This document shows positions 57,323 to 64,000 of a stretch of 64,000 nucleotides of DNA, piece by piece. A program made the position numbers and the translations under genes. Under the pieces are notes generated by a model that had not been told where the DNA came from, searched no databases, and was given only the letters and a program-made list of their open reading frames with translations. This DNA is from a candidate division FCPU426 bacterium (lineage in GTDB: Bacteria > Oederibacteriota > Muellerivitia > Muellerivitales > Muellerivitaceae): positions 1-64,000 of the forward strand of contig CAVTWJ010000009.1 in the NCBI GenBank assembly GCA_963738405.1, given 5' to 3'. Numbering within the stretch: position 1 is the stretch's first letter; each line of letters starts with the position of its first letter.

Positions 57323-58969
57323 ATGGCGAAGTTTTCTTCCAAAACCCCCAGCACTCCCGTCCGCCCGCAGGGCCAAGCAGCACAAGCCGCGCCTGAAAAA
57401 GGTATTTCGCGGGAGGCCCTGATGATCGTCATCACGGCGGGTCTGGCTTCGATGCTCGAAATCGTCGATACCTCCATCGTAAACGTGGCCATCCCCACCA
57501 TGATGGGCAACCTGGGCGCCACCTTAGATGAGATCGGCTGGGTGGTGACAGGCTACATCATTTCCAACGCCATCGTGCTGCCCATCTCGGGCTGGCTGGG
57601 GGTGCGCTTCGGCCGCCGCCGCTATTACCTCACCTGCATCATGCTGTTTGTGGCCTCCTCCGTGGCCTGCGGCCTGGCGCCCAACCTGTCCACCCTCGTT
57701 GTTTTCCGGGTCATCCAGGGCATGGCGGGGGGGGCCCTGCTTCCCACTTCCCAAGCGCTGATACAGGAGGCCTTTCCGGGAAGATCGGGCCTAGGGTCGG
57801 CCCTTTACGGCATGGTGGTCATCATCGGGCCCACTTTGGGCCCGCCCTTGGGCGGCTACCTAACCGATCACTTCGGCTGGCGGATGATCTTCAACATCAA
57901 TATTCCCCTGGGGATCTTGGCGGCCTTTCTCGCCTCCATTTACATTAAGGACCACAAGGTGGAAAGCCACCACGCGGAACACCATGAGCGGATGAAGAGC
58001 GCTCCCGTGGACGCCGTAGGGTTGGGCCTGCTCGTGGCCGCAGTGGGATGCCTGCAGTTCGTATTGGAACGGGGTGAGGCGGACGACTGGTTTTCCTCCG
58101 GCACTATCTTGATCATGACCCTACTCGCGGGCATTTGCGCCCCGGCCTTCATCTGGTGGGAACTGAAGACCGAGCATCCGATCGTGGACCTGAGGCTGTT
58201 CAAGAATATGGCCCTCGCTAACGGGACCTTTCTGATGGCTTCCGTCGGGGGAATGCTCTATTCCCTCATCTTCTTCGTCCCCATCTACTGCCAAAATATC
58301 CTGAATATGAACGCTTCCCAGACGGGGAACATATTTATGCCGGGGGCGATCCTTTCGGGTCTCATGATGCCGGTCATCGGCATGCAGCTGCAGAAAAGGG
58401 ACCCGCGGCTTTTTATTGTCTACGGGCTCTCCTGCATCGAAATCTGTCTCTTTATGATCGCCCACTTCTCCCCCCAATCGACCTATTGGAACCTCTATTG
58501 GCCGCTATTGATCCGCGGGGCCGGGATGGCGGCCCTCTTCGTGCCTATCAACGCGGTGGTGCTGGGACAATTTACCGGGCCCAACCTGGGCCAGGCGGCG
58601 GGCATCATGAACCTGTCCCGCCAAATCGGCGGCAGTGTGGGCATCGCGGTGCTTTCCACCATGTTCAAACAATCCCAGGACCGGGTGTACCACAACATGG
58701 TTAAATACATCAGCCCCTTAAATTTGGGCTTTAACCAGTGGGCCCAATCCGCCAAGGCCCTGGGGTATCGGTTCTCCAACGAGGTGGGCATGATGAATCC
58801 CAATATCCTTTTGGCCAAGGAAGCCTATTTCAGGGTCCAGAAACAGTCCTTCGTGGTCAGTTTTGATTTCATGATGTGGGTGATGGTGTTGGTTTTTGGG
58901 TTGACCCTGATTCCCACCTTTCTTCTCAAGCGTCCGCCCAAGATGGGCGGGCCGATGGACGCCCATTAA
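57323..58969 (+). CDS. EmrB/DHA2 MFS efflux permease
   Basis: DTSIVNVAIP, WVVTGY, FRVIQG, GPTLGPPLGG, WRMIFNINIP. Confidence 0.95.
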   Translation: MAKFSSKTPSTPVRPQGQAAQAAPEKGISREALMIVITAGLASMLEIVDTSIVNVAIPTMMGNLGATLDEIGWVVTGYIISNAIVLPISGWLGVRFGRRRYYLTCIMLFVASSVACGLAPNLSTLVVFRVIQGMAGGALLPTSQALIQEAFPGRSGLGSALYGMVVIIGPTLGPPLGGYLTDHFGWRMIFNINIPLGILAAFLASIYIKDHKVESHHAEHHERMKSAPVDAVGLGLLVAAVGCLQFVLERGEADDWFSSGTILIMTLLAGICAPAFIWWELKTEHPIVDLRLFKNMALANGTFLMASVGGMLYSLIFFVPIYCQNILNMNASQTGNIFMPGAILSGLMMPVIGMQLQKRDPRLFIVYGLSCIEICLFMIAHFSPQSTYWNLYWPLLIRGAGMAALFVPINAVVLGQFTGPNLGQAAGIMNLSRQIGGSVGIAVLSTMFKQSQDRVYHNMVKYISPLNLGFNQWAQSAKALGYRFSNEVGMMNPNILLAKEAYFRVQKQSFVVSFDFMMWVMVLVFGLTLIPTFLLKRPPKMGGPMDAH

Positions 58970-59335
58970 ATGGCTGAGTTCATCCATCAAGCCTCGATCG
59001 TGGAGGCGGCGGGAAATAAACCCAAACGCATTGAGGAATTTTTTGGCCTTGTCAATTCGAAGGAGGGGGCTGTCAGCATTGCCCGTATGAAAAGCCCCGA
59101 GGGCTGGGTGGAGCCGGGGCAAACGCCAGAATTTGAGGAATATACGGTGGTGTTGTCGGGCTTGTTGAGAGTGGAAACGAAAACGGGAGTATTGGAAATT
59201 AAACCAGGGCAAGGAGTTCATCTTTTGAAAGGGGAATGGGTCAAATACAGTACCCCTCATGGCGGGGGCGCCGAATATATCTCGGTCTGTCTTCCGGCCT
59301 TTTCCCCCGCGACGGTCCATCGGGATCCTTCCTAG
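58970..59335 (+). CDS. Cupin-domain protein
   Basis: GWVEPGQTPEFEEYTVVLSG, EYISVCLPAFSP. Confidence 0.85.
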   Translation: MAEFIHQASIVEAAGNKPKRIEEFFGLVNSKEGAVSIARMKSPEGWVEPGQTPEFEEYTVVLSGLLRVETKTGVLEIKPGQGVHLLKGEWVKYSTPHGGGAEYISVCLPAFSPATVHRDPS

Positions 59336-59386
59336 GAGAGAGGAAGGGGTCTCTGGGGGGCGGTACCCTGAACCGCCCTCGAATAA

Positions 59387-59418
59387 AAAAAGGCTGAGCC
59401 CAAAGGCTCAGCCTTTTT
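59387..59418. terminator. Bidirectional terminator between convergent genes
   Basis: AAAAAGGCTGAGCC-CAAA-GGCTCAGCCTTTTT. Confidence 0.85.
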
Positions 59419-59875
59419 GTTTTAAAAGGGCCGATTGAATTTTATTTTTGGTTCCCATTTTGACCGGCGTGATCGATTCCGCCACCTTGTCGAGGAGGGA
59501 CAAGAGGGTATTTCGTTCCTCGGTGTTCAAGGGAGCGACAAGGACTTCGGCCACCCGGCCATAAATCTGGTCGATTTCCGCGGCCATTTTACGGCCCTTC
59601 TCGGTCAGCAAAACCTGCCAGCAGCGGTGGTCGGTTTCATGTTCCTGCCGATGGATCAGCCCGCGGGAAATCATGGAGGCGACCGCCCGGTTCACCGCGG
59701 CGGGGTCCGTGGCCGTGGCGCGCGATAAATCCGCCAGGGAGCATTTGCCGGTGGAGTCGATAAACCGCAGCATGACCGCCTGCTTGGGGCCTATTTCCAG
59801 GTGTTTCAAATTTTGGGTAAAGATAAGGTTGAGTTGGCGTCGGACCGTCCTGAATTTTTCATAGGCAATCACCAT
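59408..59875 (-). CDS. MarR-family regulator
   Basis: DPAAVNRAVASMISRGLIHR..DHR..LTEKG. Confidence 0.88.
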   Translation of the reverse strand: MVIAYEKFRTVRRQLNLIFTQNLKHLEIGPKQAVMLRFIDSTGKCSLADLSRATATDPAAVNRAVASMISRGLIHRQEHETDHRCWQVLLTEKGRKMAAEIDQIYGRVAEVLVAPLNTEERNTLLSLLDKVAESITPVKMGTKNKIQSALLKQKG

Positions 59876-59989
59876 TCTTCAAACCCTCCCCTTAATTCTT
59901 TGAGGCCGTTCATGACGGCTTCGGACCTGATCGACTCAGGAATCATTTGAGAAGTTCCAAAGATTGATAAGTCCTGTAATATGGACGAC

Positions 59990-60010
59990 AGTAACTAGTT
60001 AAAAGTTACT
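59990..60010. promoter_or_regulatory. Palindromic site between divergent marR and cytochrome c genes
   Basis: AGTAACT-N7-AGTTACT. Confidence 0.45.
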
Positions 60011-60069
60011 TTTTCAACGGAAGAAACGTCAAAAGCTAGGCAAACGAAGCATCTTGAAGGGAAAAATTC

Positions 60070-60600
60070 ATGATAAAGGCATACATTTGGGGATGCGTCA
60101 CGGTTCTTTTGGTGTTATTGGGCGGGGGATACTGGTTTATCTCAACGGGCATGATGCCCGCCAATGCCGACAGCAAACCTCCCGCCCTGGAGCAATGGGC
60201 GGCTCACGCTTCTTTGCGGGCGTCCATACAAAGGGAAGCGCCCCAGGGGCCCAATCCCATGGCTTTGACCAACCCCAATTTAATCGAGGGTATTCATCTT
60301 TACGCGCAAAACTGCGCGGTTTGCCACGGCGCTTCCGACGCGAAACCTTCCAACATCGCGGTGGGGCTGTACCAGCACGCGCCCCAATTAGCGGATGACG
60401 GGGTAGAGGATGACCCGGAGGGAAAGATATTTTGGAAAATCAAACACGGCATCCGGCTCACCGGCATGCCGGGGTTCAGCGGCACACTCAGCGACGATAA
60501 AATTTGGAAAATCACCCTTTTCTTAAAGCACATGGATAACCTGACGCCGGGCGCGAAGCTTGAATGGCAAAAGGTTCCCAGCCAAGGGCCGCTTACTTAA
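60070..60600 (+). CDS. Membrane-anchored monoheme cytochrome c
   Basis: CAVCHG, IFWKIKHGIRLTGMPGF. Confidence 0.92.
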   Translation: MIKAYIWGCVTVLLVLLGGGYWFISTGMMPANADSKPPALEQWAAHASLRASIQREAPQGPNPMALTNPNLIEGIHLYAQNCAVCHGASDAKPSNIAVGLYQHAPQLADDGVEDDPEGKIFWKIKHGIRLTGMPGFSGTLSDDKIWKITLFLKHMDNLTPGAKLEWQKVPSQGPLT

Positions 60601-60604
60601 AGCG

Positions 60605-61420
60605 TCAGCCGAACTCCACGCAGCGCATGGAAAGGGTTCCATAGTCAAAACCCTCATAAGGGTAGCGAATCTTTGGCGTTCCCTGGGCTTCGGCGGCTGC
60701 GGCCGCGGCGACCAAAGGGATATAGTGGTCATCCGTGGGATGGGAAAGGGCGCCTCCCGGCGCCTCCCGGTATCGGGTTAGCTGTTCCAAATCAAACTGA
60801 TTCAAAGCTTTTACCGCCCAAGCGTCAAAATCCGCCGCCCAGGCCTCGGGCTTCGCTTCCCGGTCGGCGAAGTTGACTTGGCGGAGGTTGTGGGTCACGT
60901 TTCCGCTTCCGAGGATGAAAATGCCCTCGTCCCTCAAGGGCGCCAGCGCCCGCCCTAAGGCCAGATGTTCCGATAGGGGAACCCGAGTAGGCAGGGAAAC
61001 CTGGAAGGCCGGGATATCCGCATTCGGAAACATTTTCATCAAAGGCACCCAAGCGCCGTGGTCCAATCCTCTTTGAGGGGCGGGCGAGGGCCTGAACCCC
61101 GCAGAACGTAAAAGCTCCAACGCCTTATTTATTTCCTCGACGGCCGCCGGGGGAGCGTATTGGACGCGATAGAGCTCATCGGGGAATCCGTAGAAGTCAT
61201 AGAGAAGAGGTTGTGGGGTTAAGGGACCTACTTGGGGTTGAGGGGACAACCAGTGGGCCGAGAGCACCAGAATGGCCTTGGGTTTCGGGAAAGTTTGGGC
61301 CCAACGATGCCAAGCCTGGGTGATGGCATTGTTTTCCAAACCCAGGGTCGGGGCCCCGTGGCCCACGAATCCTACCGGCATTCGGCGATTTTTTGAGGTT
61401 GTTTCAGCTGGTACAGCCAT
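60605..61420 (-). CDS. LigB-fold extradiol dioxygenase (4,5-DOPA dioxygenase / YgiD-like)
   Basis: FVGHGAP, LSAHW, YDFYGFP, RGLDHGAWVPL, GSGNVTHNL, HPTDDHYIPL. Confidence 0.93.
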   Translation of the reverse strand: MAVPAETTSKNRRMPVGFVGHGAPTLGLENNAITQAWHRWAQTFPKPKAILVLSAHWLSPQPQVGPLTPQPLLYDFYGFPDELYRVQYAPPAAVEEINKALELLRSAGFRPSPAPQRGLDHGAWVPLMKMFPNADIPAFQVSLPTRVPLSEHLALGRALAPLRDEGIFILGSGNVTHNLRQVNFADREAKPEAWAADFDAWAVKALNQFDLEQLTRYREAPGGALSHPTDDHYIPLVAAAAAAEAQGTPKIRYPYEGFDYGTLSMRCVEFG

Positions 61421-61526
61421 GGTTTGTCCCTTCTCAACTTGAAAACCATTCAAGCTTTAAGATAGGACAAAGCCGGGAAAAACAAAGACCTTTGCAGTAA
61501 AGAAAAGACTTTGTCGCGAAGGGGCG

Positions 61527-62039
61527 TTATCTCAGGGTGAGGGGTTTGCGAAACAACTGAATTTCAACAAAAGTCACATCCACCAGAACCTTGCAGACGG
61601 CGTCCGGTTCCTGATTTTGAAATTCTTTGGGTATTCCAGGCTGGATTTCGGGAGCTTCAATCAAGGCCGTTCCCAGGCAAAGGCGGGCCATCCTTTGGGT
61701 GAATTCCACGGCCAGCCGGTCAAAGAGGGCTCCGCCGACACGGGATAGGGGGCTGGCATTTTCCTGGAGAAAGTTTTCAAGCCTGGGTGAGGTCCGAACC
61801 ACGCAGACCAGGCCCTTTTCGCCGCCTACCCGCAGGGTGCGGGCCAGGTTCATGTCGGACGATTGAATGCGGAAGGTATTGAGCCAATGGATGGGAATCT
61901 CGCCGATGTTTTTGAGGGACTGAGCAAACTGGATGAAACATTCCTCCGGCTTGGGGGTCCAGGGAAAGGGCAGCGGCGGAGGGCTTTTCTTGGATTTGGT
62001 ACGAACGTCGTGGCGCGTTTTCGGCAGAGTCGAATTCAT
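61527..62039 (-). CDS. Hypothetical protein (possibly remote CheX-like)
   Basis: 170-aa ORF with plausible start; fold guess only. Confidence 0.5.
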   Translation of the reverse strand: MNSTLPKTRHDVRTKSKKSPPPLPFPWTPKPEECFIQFAQSLKNIGEIPIHWLNTFRIQSSDMNLARTLRVGGEKGLVCVVRTSPRLENFLQENASPLSRVGGALFDRLAVEFTQRMARLCLGTALIEAPEIQPGIPKEFQNQEPDAVCKVLVDVTFVEIQLFRKPLTLR

Positions 62040-62400
62040 TGGGGTCCCCGTTTCTCAATTTAAAATGTCCCTTCATGACAAAGCAAAGGACATGCCAAGA
62101 GTTCTTTTTGGGAAAAGGACTAAAAAGGCCGGTTTGCGGCCTAAGGGTCATGATGAGAAAGGTTTGAGATGGGTAAAAGAAATCCAGGCCCTCTCACAAT
62201 GGGTAATGACGGTTGTTCTGGATTTTGGGGAAAGCGAACCTAGAATGCTGAGAATGCTCAAGCGAACTTTAAAATATCTGATGGTTTTGGCGGGCCTCTG
62301 CGCCGGATGGGGAGTTCCCTTCCTTTGGGCCGAAGATGGGCTTACCCCTATCGCGACCAATGTCTGGTCCGCTCCCTCCAGACGGCTCACCACAAACGGC

Positions 62401-63408
62401 TTAAGTCCGCTCCGCAAAAGCTGGAAGAAAAATCCGCCCATCCCCGTGAAGACGCCCGGCTTTATTCCACTTCATCCGCCGGGAAACGGAAATGGGCAAG
62501 TGAACGCTCCCACTCGGGGGAATTTCTCGGCCCCCCGAAACCTCCCCAACGGCGCTTCCGGCCGTCCGGTTGTCGGAAGCCAGTTGATCCGCGGAGTTCC
62601 CTCCACCGTCCTGGGGCCCGGAAGCCCCCCTTTGAACAGCCTCTACCGGGATCCGATCCCTTAAGGCCTCCCATCCGGCGAAGAAAAGCTCCATGGCTTT
62701 GGAGGTTTCATCGGCGAATTTTTGAAGCGCCTCAGGCGGGATGGCGATGTTCTCCTCGTAAATCATTACCCAGTCGCCCCTGCCTTGAAGGCGCCAATTG
62801 GGGTGTTCGAGCAGGTACTCCTGGAATTCCTTCGAGAAAACATTTTCATATTTCTGGGCGTTGTGGGTTTCTCCCCACAGATGATGCCGGGGTCTTTTAA
62901 AATCCCCCAATCCCTTCATTTCGATCCGGCCCATCGCCGGTCCGGCCACGATATCCCGGATGTCCAATTCCAAGAGCCGGTGAAATTTATCAAAGAGCCT
63001 CAAGGGCACCAGCTCGAAATAAGGAAGGCCCGCCCCGCGTTTTTGGAAGAGGGCCAGGGTTTCCATGGAGCCGTCCCTTTCCTGGGAAGGGGTTTCCAGG
63101 TAAAAAAGGATCCAGCCGTTTTTTTCTCCCCGCAGGATGTTTTGGGTGGCCGGCTCCAAACCCAGCCGGCCGCGGGTCAATCCCGCCTGCCGGGGCCTTA
63201 AGGGATAGGGGAGGTCGTAACCGGCGTTAGCGAGGTCGGAGGAAAAAACAAAATATCCGAATCCCATTTGATGGGCTTGGAAACGGAAAGCCTCCCTTTT
63301 GCGGAGAACCTTGCGGATATAACGGAAGGCGCTGAGGCCGAAGTAGAGGACAAAGCCGATGACGAACCAAACAAGGATGGAAGGATTCAAGAAAGGCGAA
63401 TCACTCAT
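62401..63408 (-). CDS. Hypothetical protein with N-terminal TM anchor (3' end uncertain beyond about 62660)
   Basis: Hydrophobic N-terminus; NILRGE and LPYFELVP; the last ~85 codons overlap a plus-strand ORF. Confidence 0.65.
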   Translation of the reverse strand: MSDSPFLNPSILVWFVIGFVLYFGLSAFRYIRKVLRKREAFRFQAHQMGFGYFVFSSDLANAGYDLPYPLRPRQAGLTRGRLGLEPATQNILRGEKNGWILFYLETPSQERDGSMETLALFQKRGAGLPYFELVPLRLFDKFHRLLELDIRDIVAGPAMGRIEMKGLGDFKRPRHHLWGETHNAQKYENVFSKEFQEYLLEHPNWRLQGRGDWVMIYEENIAIPPEALQKFADETSKAMELFFAGWEALRDRIPVEAVQRGASGPQDGGGNSADQLASDNRTAGSAVGEVSGGREIPPSGSVHLPISVSRRMKWNKAGRLHGDGRIFLPAFAERT

Positions 63409-63528
63409 GGAACTAGTATGGTCCCATTTTGGAAAAAAATTTAATTTTCATGCGGATAGAAGAGGAAATTAACTCCGCCGTAACAGCTGCAGTTAGGAAA
63501 AAGATTTTCTTGGATCGTTTTTTTGTTT

Positions 63529-63999
63529 TTATTGCCCGTTTATTGTCGGCGGTTGGAGGGGGCGGCGCCATTCGGCCAAATCCTCAGGGAGGGGTGGGGA
63601 AGCCTGTTGAAAACCCACGACGGAAAAAAGCTCCTCCGTTGAGACCTTTCCCTTCGGTCCCAAAAACAAACCCTGAACATAGGCCCGCGCGCAGAGCTTT
63701 CCTTCCGACTCGAATTCCTGGCGCAGGTAAAGCCACTTCTCATCCCAGGCGATGAGCTGGGTTTTAAGCAGGTAGGACCGGAAGGGCCGTAGTGGGCGGA
63801 AATAGCTGATCCGGGCCGCGCCCAGCACGGGAAACCAATGGTTTTTCAGGATGGAGCGGAGAAACCCCGCCCGCACCACCAGGTCAAAACGGCCCAGGTC
63901 CATCAGGGTCAGGTACCGGCCATTATTCATGTGCAGGTTATTGTCCAGGTCCGTCGGCCAGACCCGGCCGGCCAGGAGGGAAGTTTCGTTCAACCTCAA
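63529..63999 (-). CDS. Hot-dog fold acyl-CoA thioesterase (5'-truncated by the window edge)
   Basis: RVWPTDLDNNLHMNNGRYLTLMDLGR, WDEKWLYLRQEF. Confidence 0.92.
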   Translation of the reverse strand: MRLNETSLLAGRVWPTDLDNNLHMNNGRYLTLMDLGRFDLVVRAGFLRSILKNHWFPVLGAARISYFRPLRPFRSYLLKTQLIAWDEKWLYLRQEFESEGKLCARAYVQGLFLGPKGKVSTEELFSVVGFQQASPPLPEDLAEWRRPLQPPTINGQ

Positions 64000-64000
64000 T

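Noticed and set aside
61933..62664. Plus-strand 243-aa ORF, possibly a Pro-rich secreted protein starting near 62245
   Set aside because: It has a signal-like stretch but overlaps the minus-strand ORF by 264 bp and shows no recognisable domain, so it cannot be supported as a gene
1..64000. tRNA, rRNA, integrase or prophage genes
   Set aside because: No cloverleaf, rRNA signature, tyrosine integrase or phage structural gene was recognised by eye

Overview
The window appears to join three unrelated genome fragments, with junctions at about 6630 and about 10963 where open reading frames are cut mid-domain and base composition changes. (1) 1-6630 is high-GC, actinobacterial-like DNA. IS110, IS701 and serine-resolvase relics bracket an operon in which a prolyl-4-hydroxylase-like 2OG-Fe(II) oxygenase is translationally coupled to two tandem Gly-Pro-Pro-rich collagen-like genes; a frameshifted NACHT-TM gene follows. 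(2) 6630-10963 is Bacteroidota/Kapabacteria-like DNA encoding an IgGFc-binding-domain protein and a PD40/double-OmpA protein. (3) 10963-64000 comes from a diderm bacterium. It carries RND and EmrAB-type efflux, a tandem cupredoxin/porin/adenylate cyclase cluster, an ABC-2 transporter, pcm, two GT-C glycosyltransferases, degenerate Mrp subunits and an arsenic operon headed by a Cys-rich MerR rather than ArsR. It also has an accessory island (24.6-35.3 kb) with a helically phased 9-copy 13-bp repeat array in front of a membrane-anchored HTH/PDZ protein, two toxin-antitoxin mini-islands that each duplicate the 3' end of the neighbouring gene, and an AT-rich nuclease/HEPN cluster between inverted repeats. 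A GIY-YIG gene flanked by structured palindromic repeats has two gene-less copies elsewhere. The best candidates for undescribed systems are the P4H-collagen operon, the repeat array plus membrane HTH protein, the MerR-controlled ars operon, the 3'-end-replacing TA mini-islands and the GIY-YIG/REP element. All family calls are by eye from motifs; no database searches were run.
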